64,000 nucleotides of DNA, taken from the NCBI GenBank assembly GCA_964016885.1, contig OZ024741.1, forward strand, positions 93,620,001 to 93,684,000, in the 5' to 3' direction. Position numbers and translations under genes: made by a program. The stretch comes from Eledone cirrhosa (Eukaryota). The notes beneath the pieces were generated by a model that ran no database searches, was not told where the DNA came from, and worked only from the letters and a program-made list of their open reading frames with translations. Shown here one piece after another: positions 18,052 through 35,468 of this stretch. How positions within the stretch are numbered: position 1 is the stretch's first letter; each line of letters starts with the position of its first letter.

Positions 18052-18720
18052 ATAGTGTGCAGCGCGACTTATGTCGAACAGACGGGACGTCGCCTGGCGG
18101 ACCGATTCACTGAGCACCTCCGGGATATTCGTCTCAGTGGTAGTTCCCCCATCGCCCGCCACTTTGGTGGCCCTGGACATTCCGCACGCCATCTCACAGT
18201 CTGTGGCCTACTCCAATTCCATGGAACACCCGCCAATCGCCTTAGAGTCGAACAAAGAACTATCTTCATCTTACAGACCCACACTCCCCCCGGCCTGAAC
18301 TCCCCACCCTTATTCCTTTAGCCTTCGACCGCCCCCCTCCCCCATACTTATCCCCCACTAACACACCCCTGCTTTTCACCGCCCACCCCACAACTAACAA
18401 TACTAACACCTCCACCTCACCCCTCATCCGACCACCCTTCCCCAACTAACATACTAACATCCCTCCCTTCTTCTCCTCCCCCCTCCTTATCACACGCACA
18501 CACCCACCGGCACATATATACACGCGCTCACACTAAACACACACCCTACTACCACCACTAACCCTCACCCCCACACCTCCATCCCACCACCCCGCAACTA
18601 ACCTCACTAACACCCCCTGACCCCAAGCACACGAACACACGCACCCACTTACACCACCCACCCCACACGCAACTAACATCACTAACACCCCCAACCCCAG
18701 GCACACGTACCCACACACCA
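18052..18720 (+). mobile_element. PLE 3' fragment (GIY-YIG C-terminus plus C/A-rich 3' UTR)
   Basis: CSATYVEQTGRRLADRFTEH..PIARHF..H..RLRVEQRTI..PPGLN, stop at 18321. Confidence 0.8.
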
Positions 18721-21700
18721 TCATGGTAGCAGAAAAGTGGGCAGATAAGATAATAGACGTAAATAGAGTGAACGACAGAATAATTAAAATAAGACTTGTC
18801 CTCAATAGAACTACGGTGACAGTAATATCTGCGTACGCACCCCAATCCGAACTGCCCGGCACTATAAAAGACAGATTCTATGAGACACTGATGCTCACTA
18901 CCTCCCAAATAACCGACAGTGACTATATAATTATTGCAGGCGACCTAAATCGTCACGTTGGACAATATTGTGACGGCTACGACGAAATCCATGGAGGCTA
19001 TGGGTTTGGTACTAGAAATGAGGAAGGCTCCAGAATCCTGGAATTCTGTGACGCAAATAACCTAACTATCTGTAACACTAACTTCAAAAAACGTGACAAT
19101 CACCTGATCACCTATAGATCCGGGGAACACACAAGCCAGGTAGATTATATCCTTACCAGAAGACGTGACAGAGTGTCTGTTGTAAACACTAAATCCCTCC
19201 CCCATGAAGAATGCACCTCCCAACATAGACTGATAATTAGCGACCTAATAGTCAGGACGAGACATACTCGACAGCAGAAGAGGCCTATCCTCAGGAGAAA
19301 AATATGGAAGCCAAAGGACCCCACAGCCAGAAATAAATTCAAAAGTATACTACTTGATGCTTTCGACAGTAAGGAAGAGCAATTAGAGTCGTACAATATA
19401 GAGGGACAGTGGGAATTCCTGAAAGCAAACCTGCTGATGGCGGCAGACGAAGTCTGTGGCTGGAGCAGGCCTGTAGGCAAGAGGAGAGTAACATGGTGGT
19501 GGAACAGTAAGGTGGAGGGGTCAATTAAGGCCAAAAAGCAGGCTTGGAAAGTATGGCGGGATGGGGGAAGTAGAGAAGACTATCAAGTGGCCAGGAGGGA
19601 AGCTAGGAGACAAGTGTACTTCGCAAGAAGGGAAGCAGAGGAAAGAAAGTTCAAGCATGTTCTACAACGCGAGGACCAAAAACGTGAGGTGTTCAGGATT
19701 GCTAGGCAATGTGTCAAGGATAACCGTGATATTGTCGGGGAGAAGTGTGTACTTAATGATGACGGCGTACTTGCCATCACCGACGCTGATAAGAAGGTAG
19801 CTTGGAAGTGTCACTATGAAAGGCTACTAAATAAGGAGAATAAATGGGAGAAAGACAGTCTCCCCCACATCGACCCAATAGAGGGACCAGCAGTGTTAGT
19901 CGAGGGTAGTATAATAAATAAGGCAATCAAGGATATGAAGACGGGTAAGGCAGCTGGGCCTTCGGAAATAGTTGCTGAGATGCTGAAGGCATCTGGCACG
20001 GTGGGACACACCATGGTCACCCGGATAGTTAACCAAGTCGTACAGAATGGGGTTGTTCCGAAGGACTGGCGTACCAGCATCATCGTTAACTGTTATAAGG
20101 GTAAAGGAGATGGCCTAGACAGGAGTAACTATAGAGGCATTAAATTAATCGACCAGGTCATGAAGGTCACGGAAAAAGTAATAGCGCAACTAATCAGAGA
20201 GAGAATTGACCTAGATGAAATGCAGTTCGGGTTTGTGTCAGGCAAAAGTACCACAGACGCTCTTTTCATTGTACGACAACTACAGGAGAAGTACCTAGCT
20301 AAAATTAAACCCCTATACTTAGCTTTTGTCGACTTGGAGAAAGACTTCGACAGAGTCTCCCGTTCCATTATCTGGTGGGCTCTTACAAAACTAGGTGTCG
20401 ACGAATGGCTTGTGAGCAAGGTTAGAATTAACAACGAACATAGTGAAGAGTTTAGCGTAAAAGTTGGCATCCATCAGGGCTCTGTTCTCAGCCCCCTACT
20501 ATTTATTATTGCCCTTCAGGCTATAACAGAGGAGTTCAAGACCGGCTGCCCATGGGAACTCCTATACGCAGACGACCTAACACTCATAGCTGAATCAATG
20601 ACCGAGCTAGAGAAGAAATTCCAAACATGGAAGCACGGCCTAGAATCAAAAGGCCTTAAAATTAACCTGGCTAAGACCAAAGTTCTAGTTTGTAGGAAAG
20701 AAAATAAGGCGGCGGTCCCTTCCGGGAAGTGGCCATGCTCAATGTGTGGGAAAGGCGTAGGTAGAAACTCCATTTTGTGTCAGAAATGCAAAGTATGGGT
20801 GCATAAAAGATTTAGTGGGATCACAGGTAAGCTAACTAAGAACATAGATTTCACATGTGGCCGGTGCTCTGGTGCAATAAGTAGCAGCAAGTGCCCAAAA
20901 AATACTGGCTCTTTCAACTGCGCAGAGGGCTCTATAGAAATAGTGGACAGCTTCCGTTACCTGGGTGACAAAATCAGCAGTGGGGGAGGGTGCTCTGAAA
21001 GTACAGTAGCTAGAGTCAGGACGGGATGGAAAAAGTTCAGAGAGCTTATACCACTATTAGCTGCTAAAGGGTTCTCCCTAAAAATGAAAGGCAGGTTGTA
21101 TGATGCATGCATACGAACAGCAATGTTGTATGGCAGTGAGACCTGGGCATTTAGTGCAGAGGATATACGCAGACTAGAGAGGAACGAAGCTTGCATGCTC
21201 CGCTGGATGTGTAATAGTAATATACGTGAACGGCAAAGCATAAACGAACTAAGGAAAAAATTAGAAATAAGAGGGATCAGATGTTGTTTACTCGAGAGAA
21301 GGCTACGTTGGTACGGACACGTGATGCGCATGAAAGTCGATAGCTGTATAACAAAGTGCAGGGCAATAAAGATAGATGGTAGCCACGGAATAGGCAGACC
21401 TAGAAAATCCTGGGACGAGCTGATAAACTCCGACCTCACACACTTACACCTCGTCAAGACAATGTCACTGGACCGAGACCTTTGGCGGTACTCAGTAATA
21501 CAGAAGACCCGCCTTACCTAAATACATAGTAAAACCTACTACAATCAGTAGGCATCTCTAACAAAATACACCCCCCGTCCCACCCCATCCACACCGCCCC
21601 CGTCTATGTAAAGTTATGTTGGTGCCACACCATCCAGGCCGAAACAAATGAGATCGTGTAGGTGTCACGACAAAAAAACACACAGTCCATGCTGTAATGT

Positions 21701-21901
21701 GAACGTGTAGGCAACACGGTAAAAACCTCCCAGCCCCACACTGTAAGTGTGGTTGTTGTTAGGAAGGGAATCCAACTGTAGAAAACCTGCCAGACAGTCC
21801 TACGCGAGGTAGACAATCACTCTTGCCTCAAGTGGGAAAACCCCCGTCCAAACCCATGCAAGCGTGGAACACGGACGTTAAACGTTGATGATGATGATGA
21901 T
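18721..21901 (+). mobile_element. RTE LINE family A, near full ORF, truncated inside the endonuclease
   Basis: ORF 18723..21521, 3' UTR and (GAT)n tail. Confidence 0.93.
18723..21521 (+). CDS. RTE ORF: APE endonuclease + RT + PHD-like finger (small in-frame deletion near 20415)
   Basis: SAYAPQ, IAGDLN.HVG, SQVDYIL, SQHRL, YADD. Lacks the [11 protein letters not shown] segment seen in other copies. Confidence 0.9.
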   Translation: MVAEKWADKIIDVNRVNDRIIKIRLVLNRTTVTVISAYAPQSELPGTIKDRFYETLMLTTSQITDSDYIIIAGDLNRHVGQYCDGYDEIHGGYGFGTRNEEGSRILEFCDANNLTICNTNFKKRDNHLITYRSGEHTSQVDYILTRRRDRVSVVNTKSLPHEECTSQHRLIISDLIVRTRHTRQQKRPILRRKIWKPKDPTARNKFKSILLDAFDSKEEQLESYNIEGQWEFLKANLLMAADEVCGWSRPVGKRRVTWWWNSKVEGSIKAKKQAWKVWRDGGSREDYQVARREARRQVYFARREAEERKFKHVLQREDQKREVFRIARQCVKDNRDIVGEKCVLNDDGVLAITDADKKVAWKCHYERLLNKENKWEKDSLPHIDPIEGPAVLVEGSIINKAIKDMKTGKAAGPSEIVAEMLKASGTVGHTMVTRIVNQVVQNGVVPKDWRTSIIVNCYKGKGDGLDRSNYRGIKLIDQVMKVTEKVIAQLIRERIDLDEMQFGFVSGKSTTDALFIVRQLQEKYLAKIKPLYLAFVDLEKDFDRVSRSIIWWALTKLGVDEWLVSKVRINNEHSEEFSVKVGIHQGSVLSPLLFIIALQAITEEFKTGCPWELLYADDLTLIAESMTELEKKFQTWKHGLESKGLKINLAKTKVLVCRKENKAAVPSGKWPCSMCGKGVGRNSILCQKCKVWVHKRFSGITGKLTKNIDFTCGRCSGAISSSKCPKNTGSFNCAEGSIEIVDSFRYLGDKISSGGGCSESTVARVRTGWKKFRELIPLLAAKGFSLKMKGRLYDACIRTAMLYGSETWAFSAEDIRRLERNEACMLRWMCNSNIRERQSINELRKKLEIRGIRCCLLERRLRWYGHVMRMKVDSCITKCRAIKIDGSHGIGRPRKSWDELINSDLTHLHLVKTMSLDRDLWRYSVIQKTRLT

Positions 21902-22079
21902 ATATATATATATATACATATATATACATATATATACATATATATACATATATATACATATATACACATATATACATATATATACATATATACATATATA
22001 TACATATATATACATATATATACATATATATACATATATATACATATATACATATATATACATATATACATATATATAC

Positions 22080-22130
<51 letters not shown>

Positions 22131-22196
22131 CATATATATATACATATACATATATATATATATATACATATATATACATATATATACATATATATA

Positions 22197-23085
22197 CATC
22201 ATCATCATCATCATCATCAGGTTTAGCGTCCGTGTTCCACGCTTGCATGGGTTTGGACGGGGGTTTTCCCACTTGAGGCAAGAGTGGTTGTCTTGCTCGC
22301 ATAGGACTGTCTGGCGGGTTTTCTACAGTTGGATGCCCTTCCTAACACCAACCACATTTACAGTGTGGGGCTGGGAGGTTTTTACCGTGTTGCCTACATG
22401 GCCACATTACAGCGTGGACTGTCTGGCGGGTTTTCTACAGCTGGATGCCCTTCCTAACACCAACCACATTTACAGTGTGGGGCTGGGAGGTTTTTACCGT
22501 GTTGCCTACACGGCCACATTTACAGTGTGGACTGTGTGTTTTTTGTCGTGACACCTACACGATCTCATTTGTTTCGGCCTGGATGTTGTGGGACCAACAT
22601 AACTTTACATTGAGAGGGGCGGTGTGGGTGGGGTGGATGTGGTGGGACGGGGGTGTGTTTTGATAGAGATGCCTACTGACTGTAGTAGGTTTTTACTTTG
22701 TATTTAGGTAAGGCGGGTCTTCTCTATTACTGAGTACCGCCAAAGGTCTCGGTCCAGTGACATTGTCTTGGAGAGGTGTAAGCGTGTGAGGTCGGAATTT
22801 ATCAGCTCGTCCCATGTTTTTCTGGGTCTGCCTACTCCGTGGCTACCGTCTATCTTTATTGCCCTGCACTTTGTTATACAGCTGTCGTCTTTCATGCGCA
22901 TCACGTGACCGTACCAACGTAGCCTTCTCTCGAGTAAACAACATCTGATCCCTCTTATTTCTAATTTTTTCCTTAGTTCGTTTATGCTTTGCCGTTCACG
23001 TATATTACTATTTCACATCCAGCGGAGCATGCAAGCTTCGTTCCTCTCTAGTCTGCGTATATCCTCTGCACACAATGCCCAGGTC
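22197..23085 (-). mobile_element. RTE family A 3' fragment with the same 3' UTR duplication as 14408-15964
   Basis: Reverse complement of ~15062-15950; (CAT)n on + strand. Confidence 0.92.
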
Positions 23086-24302
<1,217 letters not shown>

Positions 24303-25715
24303 CTAATAGTAATAATCTTATTACAATGAAGCTCTTGCTCGAAGTGGATTTGTCGATAAGGTAGCATATACAGAGTACGTAAATAGACCTAGAAGAAATA
24401 GATCCCGTCGCATTTGTTGGTTTAACCCACCATATAATATGGAGGTGGCCACACCATGAGCTAAGATCTTTCTTTCCCTTATTACGAAGCATTTTCCCCC
24501 TACACATAAATATAGTAAAATTTTTAATAGAAATACTATTAAAATTTCTTACTCTACGACTCCTAACCTTGCACATAACATCACAGCTTCAAATTTAGCT
24601 AAACTACCTAGCCGTAGGAACACGTGCAACCCTGTAGTTAGTACTAACTGTAATTGTAGGAATCGGGCTGATTGCCCCCTATCCGGGAAATGCCTCTCTA
24701 GTAACATTGTCTACAAATGTAAGGTTGTAACACCCACGTCCCGTAGGGCCTACATAGGGTTAACCGCCAATAGTTTCAAGCAGCGTCTTTACATGCATAC
24801 CCATTCTTTTCGTTACCCTCTAAGAAGGAATATGACGTCACTTTCAGCCTATATCTGGAGTCTAAAAGACAACCACACCCGATATGAGTTACACTGGGAG
24901 ATCCTAGCTAGGGCTAGATCGTATAACGGAAATAAAAGACCATGTGACCTCTGCGCCGCTGAGGCCCTGGAAATACTCTATACTACAGACTACATCTTAA
25001 ACAAAAAATCTGAGGCAATTTCGGCTTGTAAACATAAATTGCACAAAACTTTCCTGTATTACAGCCCCACGTTATACCCTAACGGATAGCACAATCTATA
25101 CGTGGATATTTTACGTCTTGATGTGGGAGCTAAGTATATGTTTTGTTTATTCCTTTACTTATTTGCATAGGTAAGTATATATTACCCGTATGTTTTGTGA
25201 AGGTATGTATACCTTCTCGTACGTATATTTGACTGTTATAGCGTATAATTTTTACATATTCTGGTATTTAGGGTTTGGCTATGTGTATACGGGAGTTTTG
25301 CGTCCGCGTGAGTGTGCAGGTTCGTACGTATGGTGGGTGTGTGTATATGTGTACTTCTTGTTTTAGTTGACTTTCCACATATGACTTACTATCTTCGTTT
25401 TTTCGTTCATTGCCAGAGAACGTCTCTATGCACCACCTAAGAGAACATTAGTCTACGACTTCTTTTATAACATAAACGTGGTTTTGTCTTTGCGCGTAAA
25501 TGTTTTTCACCGCTCCTATTAATGACGTATTATTCGTTTTTTGCCAGCGAACGTTACCACGAACCAAAGTATCGTCTTCCTGCCTTCCTCCGGTTGCAAC
25601 GTTTTTTGAAATATCCAGTTCTGCGTTTACAGATTGACTTTGTTAGTTTCAGAAGATCCCGTTAAGGGTGAAAGCAGCGATTCTTTGCTTAAACTTTAAT
25701 CTGTTATTTTAATAA

Positions 25716-25718
<3 letters not shown>
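24303..25718 (+). mobile_element. Naiad-type PLE, 5'-truncated and degraded
   Basis: WFNPP, CNCRNRADCPLSGKCLSSNIVYKC..YIGLT..FKQR..H..CDLCAAE; ORF ends at 25089; hammerhead-like motif near the 3' end. Confidence 0.85.
25631..25702 (+). ncRNA. Hammerhead-like motif with variant core CAGAAGA
   Basis: agttt CAGAAGA t ccc gttaa ggg t GAAA gcag cgattct ttgc TT aaact; distal stem agattga/ttaatct. Confidence 0.65.
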
Positions 25719-25786
<68 letters not shown>

Positions 25787-25820
25787 TGTTAAAAGAATAG
25801 AGGTGTAACACACAAGTTAT

Positions 25821-26223
25821 TATATATTGGTAAACGGAATAGAAAATGCTGACAAATTGTTCACAGTTGAAAAATGGTTTAATTAGGAATAAAAGAGTAT
25901 TAGTGATTGTATGGGTTAGTATTCAGTTGTGGTTTTAAGTTTTTACCGGTTGCGCATTTCTAAATGCTTTTCAAAAATAATTTTGAGATAGAGTGTCCGT
26001 GCTGTTTGCTCTGATCTGATTAGTTTTGGGAATTCTACCTGTTTTTATGTTAAAAAAGTGGCTCCAGCGTTATTTTTAACATTTAGAAATGCGCAACCGG
26101 TAAAAGCTTAAAAACTTAAAACCACAACTGAATACTAACCCATACAATCACTAATACCCTTTTATTCCTAATAAAACCATTTTTCAACTGTGAACAATTT
26201 GTCAGCATTTTCTATTCCGTTTA

Positions 26224-26233
<10 letters not shown>
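25821..26233. repeat. Fold-back element: ~145-bp inverted arms around a ~110-bp spacer
   Basis: 25821-25967 is the reverse complement of ~26080-26233; embedded in (TA)n. Confidence 0.85.
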
Positions 26234-28439
<2,206 letters not shown>

Positions 28440-28454
28440 ATATATCTGTATATA

Positions 28455-28487
<33 letters not shown>

Positions 28488-28540
28488 CTGTATATATATA
28501 TGTATATATATATATATATATATATCTGTATATATATATG

Positions 28541-28581
<41 letters not shown>

Positions 28582-28582
<1 letters not shown>

Positions 28583-29448
28583 TATTGTTATACTTTGGGA
28601 GGGTCATGTTGCCAATAAGAAACACACGCACCAGTTGCTTTCACTTCAATTTATATATCTATAAATTTATAAATTTACAAATTTACAAACTTATAAATTT
28701 CTGGTTGGTTGGTTGGTTCCACAACCAGATAATTGTTTATATATAGTCATAGTCCTTTCCTCACACACTCTGTGACCTCTTCAGTGACTGGGGATTCCTT
28801 TCTTTGTTTAGGCAAATTACAGAGGCAGTAAGCATAAAAGAATTACAACCAAAATTAAATAGAAAATATGAGTGGAAAAGCAACATCACAACTTACAATT
28901 AAGGACAAAATGAAAACACACACACACATAGAACAAACAACTTACAATTAAGGACAAAATGAAAACACACACACAGGACAAAATGAAAACACACACACAC
29001 ATAGAACAAACAACCAACCAACAATAAATAAATAAATAAATAAACAAATAGATAAATGAACACAAACACACACAGACACCCGGATGTGGCGCATGCGCAA
29101 ACTGAGCACACAACACACACACAGAAACAAAATGGCGTAGGATAGAAGAAAGGAAAGGCACAGAAACAAAGAAAGGAATCCCCAGTCACTGAAGAGGTCA
29201 CAGAGTGTGTGACGAAAGGACTATGACTATATATAAACAACTATCTGGTTGTGGAACCAACCAACCAACCAGAAATTTATAAGTTTGTAAATTTGTAAAT
29301 TTATAAATTTATAGATATATAAATTGAAGTGAAAGCATCTGGTGCGTGTGTTTCTTATTGGCAACATGACCCTCCCAAAGTATAACAATATCGGTTTCAA
29401 CACACGATTTCAGATAAAGAATCTTGCTAAACAAATTCAGAAACGATA
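28582..29448. mobile_element. Inverted pair of pLTRs of the 3877-8246 PLE family (5'-truncated insertion with inversion)
   Basis: 28582-28809 matches ~3933-4135. 28810-29448 is the reverse complement of ~3878-4406. Hammerheads at 28745-28789 (-) and 29184-29228 (+). Confidence 0.88.
29184..29228 (+). ncRNA. Type I hammerhead in pLTR
   Basis: agtca CTGAAGA g gtcaca gagtg tgtgac GAAA ggac TA tgact. Confidence 0.8.
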
Positions 29449-29459
29449 TATATATATAT

Positions 29460-30276
<817 letters not shown>

Positions 30277-30298
30277 TATATATATATATATATGTATA

Positions 30299-30387
<89 letters not shown>

Positions 30388-30390
<3 letters not shown>

Positions 30391-30764
30391 ACACACGACC
30401 GTGACTTCTGGCGTCACACAGTAATAGAGTACCCGACCTCCCATGGGTACAAGCTGAAGCATATAGACAATATTCCCCCACCCCCCCCACCACAAGGTGG
30501 TCGTGGAGGTGCCACGGCAAAAAAGCACCCAGCCCACACTGTAAAGTGGACGTGTAGGCGCCACGAAAAAGCACCCAGCACTCACTGTAAATGAGGTTGG
30601 TGTTAGGAAGGGCATCCAGCTGTAGAAATCAAGCCAAATCAGTTCCTGTATGAGCAAGGCATGGTCAGCCGACCAGACACTGCACACAACAGGACAACCC
30701 GTCTAACCCATGCTAGCGTGGAAGGACGGACGTAAAACGGTGATGATGATGATGATGATGATGA
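30388..30764 (+). mobile_element. RTE family B 3' fragment
   Basis: Matches 17675-18051. Confidence 0.9.
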
Positions 30765-30776
30765 TATATATGTATA

Positions 30777-30858
<82 letters not shown>

Positions 30859-30915
30859 TAAGAAAATAATGAATAAAACAATGAAACAGTTCCTTATATT
30901 AAACAAAAAAAGTTC

Positions 30916-31062
30916 ATTATTTAACGATCGTTTCTAGGACATATATGTGTTAGAATTGGCATGCATATTCAAAAGATCTATGTACAAAATTATACAAAAT
31001 TATACAAACTATCAAATAGAATATACATACCAACACATACATATGCCGTCTTCAGAAATAAT
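30916..31062 (-). ncRNA. Type I hammerhead with long stem II in a solo PLE-like terminal fragment (30850-31107)
   Basis: Homologue of 59265-59418: attattt CTGAAGA ..long hairpin.. GAAA cgatcg TT aaataat. Confidence 0.75.
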
Positions 31063-31107
31063 CCATAATAATGGACACTACCGTAAACTTTTGATAGATT
31101 TATCTAC

Positions 31108-31188
<81 letters not shown>

Positions 31189-31192
31189 TATA

Positions 31193-31860
31193 TCATTCAT
31201 TTCACTTCACGTCCGCTTTTCCCTGCTTGCAAGGGTGGGAGAGGGAACTGATTCTGGCTTGATTTCTACAGCTGGATGCCCTTCCTAACACCAACCTCAT
31301 TTATAGTGAGTGCTGGGTGCTTTTTTGCCGTGGCACCTCCACGACCACTCTGCAGTGGAATGATAGGGGCCCCAGTCACTATCATCTCATTTCTACAGCT
31401 GAGTCAACTGGAGCAATGTGAAATAAAGTGTCTTGCTCAAGGAAACAACACATCTCCCGGTCTGAGAATTGAACTCACAACCTTTTGATTGCAAGGCCAA
31501 TGCTCTAACCACTAAGCCATGTGCCTCCATCATCATCATCATCATTTTACGTCCGTATTTTCCCTGCTTGCAAGGGTGGGACGGGAACTGATTCTGGCTT
31601 GATTTCTACAGCTGGATGCCCTTCCTAACACCAACCTCATTTACAGTGAGTGCTGGGTGCTTTTTTTGTCGTGGCACCTCCACGACCACTTCGCAGTGGA
31701 CCCCAGTCCTATCATCTCATTTCTACAGCTGAGTAAACTGGAGCAATGTGAAATAAAGTGTCTTGCTCAAGGAAACAACACATCACCAGGTCTGAGAATT
31801 GAACTCACAACCTTTCGATTGCAAGGCCAATGCTCTAACCACTAAGCCATGTGCCTCCAT
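31193..31860 (-). mobile_element. Two tandem tRNA-derived SINEs (31193-31529, 31530-31860)
   Basis: Two reverse-complement copies of the SINE at 29938, joined through a (CAT)n tail. Confidence 0.88.
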
Positions 31861-32206
31861 ATATATATTACAAATTTAAATTTCAAAATCCAAACCCGCT
31901 CCGTATATGAATTTGAACTTCGAAACCCAAATATGTTTCGCAACGATGGTACATGAATTGAAAAATAAAGAGAATCGAAATGGATTTAATCCCGTATAAA
32001 CGGCTGTTATTTCTAGCACCGGGAATGCGGGATGGCTAGTTTAGCTGGCTACACCACGTGTAATCAGACCCTCCGTCTTTTTTTTAACAGTGCTTAACAC
32101 TAGAACTAAATAATTATAAGCACATCAATATCCAGACAGCTTCCTAATATAACGGTCGCTTATAATATGGTACATCAAAATTATTTATAAAACTGTTTAT
32201 ATATTG

Positions 32207-32272
32207 TATTTTATCTGACGAAGACATGCCATATTTTTAATATGGTATCCCTGAAATATGTATAATGAAATA
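32207..32272 (+). ncRNA. Type I hammerhead (core CTGACGA) in PLE 3' fragment 31870-32314, related to the Naiad pLTR
   Basis: tattttat CTGACGA agacatgccatatt ttt aatatggtatccct GAAA tatgta TA atgaaata; similar to 40025-40090. Confidence 0.8.
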
Positions 32273-32453
32273 AATATGGTTTTATAAATATAGTTTCCTT
32301 TTGTTTAATATTGTATATATATATATATATATATATCTGTATATATACATATATATATCTGTATATATATATATATATCTGTATATATATATATATATAT
32401 ATATATCTGTATATATATATATCTGTATATATATATATCTGTATATATATATA

Positions 32454-32506
<53 letters not shown>

Positions 32507-32719
32507 GTATATATATATGTATCTATATATATATCTGTATATATATATATATATATATCTGTATATATATATATATATATATATTTGTATATATATATAT
32601 ATCTGTATATATATATATATCTGTATATATATATATATCTGTATATATATATATATCTGTATATATATATATATCTGTATATATATATATATATCTGTAT
32701 ATATATATATATATATCTG

Positions 32720-32787
<68 letters not shown>

Positions 32788-32792
32788 TATGC

Positions 32793-32884
<92 letters not shown>

Positions 32885-32903
32885 GTATATATATGTATAT
32901 ATG

Positions 32904-32938
<35 letters not shown>

Positions 32939-32947
32939 GTATATATG

Positions 32948-32978
<31 letters not shown>

Positions 32979-33033
32979 GTATATATATGTATATATGTAT
33001 ATATATATATATGTATATATATATATCTGTATA

Positions 33034-35268
33034 TCATCATCATCATCATCATCATCAACGTTTAACGTCCGTGTTCCACGCTTGCATGGGTTTGGACGGG
33101 GGTAGTCCCACTTGAGGCAAGAGTGATTGTCTTGCTCGCATAGGACTGTCTGGCAGGTTTTCTACAGTTGGATGCCCTTCCTAACACCAACCACATTTAC
33201 AGTGTGGGTCTGGGAGGTTTTTTACCGTGTTGCCTACACGGCCACATTACAGCGTGGACTGTGTGTTTTTTTGTCGTGACACCTACACGATCTCATTTGT
33301 TTCGGCCTCGATGGCGTGGCACCAACATAACTTTACATAGAACGGGGTGGTGTGGATGGGGTGGGGGGTGGTGGTGGTGGGACGGGGTGTATTTTGTTAG
33401 AGATGCCTACTGGCTGGAGTAGGTTTTACTATATATTTAGGTAAGGCGGGTCTTCTCTGTTACTGAGTACCGCCAAAGGTCTCGGTCCAGTGACATTGTC
33501 TTGGAGAGGTGTAAGTGTGTGATGTCGGAGTTTATCAGCTCGTCCCAGGTTTTTCTAGGTCTGCCTATTCCGTGACTACCGTCTATCTTTATTGCCCTGC
33601 ACTTTGTTATACAGCTATCGACTTTCATGCGCATCACGTGTCCATACCAACGTAGCCTTCTCTCGATTAAACAACATCTGATCCCTCTTATCTCTAATTT
33701 TTTCCTTAGTTCGTTTATGCTTTGCCGTTCACGTATATTACTGTTACACATCCAGCGGAGCATGCAAGCTTCGTTCCTCTCTAGTCTGCGTATATCCTCT
33801 GCACACAATGCCCAGGTCTCACTGCCATGCAGCATTGCTGTTCGTATGCAGGCATCGTACAACCTGCCTTTCATTTTTAGGGAGAACCCTTTAGCAGCTA
33901 ATAGTGGTATAAGCTCTCTGAACTTTTTCCAACCAGTTCTGACTCTAGCTACAGTACTTTCAGAGCACCCTCCCCCACTGCTGATTTTATCGCCCAGGTA
34001 ACGGAAGCTGTCCACTATTTCTATAGAACCCTCTGCGCAATTGAAAGAGCTAGTATTTTGTGGGCACTTGCTGCTACTTATTGCACCAGAACACCGGCCA
34101 CATGTAAAATCTATGTTCTTAGTTAGCTTACCTGTGATCCCACTACATCTTTTATGCACCCATACTTTGAATTTAGGACATAAAATGGAGTTTCTACCTA
34201 CGCCTTTCCTACACACCGAGCACGACCATTTCCCAGAAGGGACCGCCGCCTTGTTTTCTTTCCTACAAACTAGTACTTTGGTCTTAGCCAGGTTAATTTT
34301 AAGTCCTTTTGACTCTAGGCCGTGCTTCCATGTTTGGAATTTCTTCTCTAGCTCGGCCATTGATTCCGCTATGAGTGTCAGGTCGTCTGCGTATAGGAGT
34401 TCCCATGGGCAGCCTGTCTTGAACTCCTCTGTTATAGCCTGAAGGGCAATAATAAATAGTAGGGGGCTGAGAACAGAGCCCTGATGGACGCCAACTTTTA
34501 CGCTAAACTCTTCACTATATTCGTTGTTAATTCTAACCTTGCTGACTGTTTCTTTATACATGGCTTGTATAGCCCACACAAGCCATTCGTCAACGCCTAG
34601 TTTTCTAAGAGCCCACCAGATAATGGAGCGGGGGGACTCTGTCGAAGGCTTTCTCCAAGTCGACAAAAGCTAAGTAGAGGGGTTTACCTTTAGCTAGGTA
34701 CTTCTCCTGTAGTTGTCGTACTATGAAAAGAGCGTCTGTGGTACTTTTGCCTGACACAAACCCGAACTGCATTTCATCTAGGTCAATTCTCTCTCTGATT
34801 AGTTGCGCTATTACTTTTTCCGTGACCTTCATGACCTGGTCGATTAATTTAATGCCTCTATACTTACTCCTATCTAGGGCGTCTCCTTTACCCTTATAAC
34901 AGTTAACGATGATGCTGCTATGCCAGTCCTTCGGAACAACCCCATTCTGTACGACTTGGTTAACTATGCGGGTGACCATGGTGTGTCCCACCGTGCCAGA
35001 TGCCTTCAGCATCTCAGCAACTATTTCCGAAGGCCCAGCCGCCTTACCCGTCTTCATATCCTTGATTGCCTTACTTATTATACTCCCCTCGACTAACACT
35101 GCTGGTCCCTCTATTGGGTCGATATGGGGGAGACTGTCTTTCTCCCATTTATTCTCCTCATTTAGTAGCCTTTCATAGTGACACTTCCAAGCTAACTTCT
35201 TATCAGCGTCGGTGATGGAAAGTGTGCCATCGTCGTTTAGTACACACTTCTCCCCGACAATATCACGG
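33034..35268 (-). mobile_element. RTE family A, 5'-truncated, frameshift near 34630
   Basis: ORF pieces 33437..34666 and the RT part of 34605..36479; (CAT)n on + strand. Confidence 0.92.
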
Positions 35269-35421
35269 CATACATATATATATATACATACATATATATA
35301 TATATACATACATACATATATATATATATATACATACATACATATATATATATATACACATACATATATATACATACACATACATATATATATATATATA
35401 CACATACATATATATATATAT

Positions 35422-35468
<47 letters not shown>

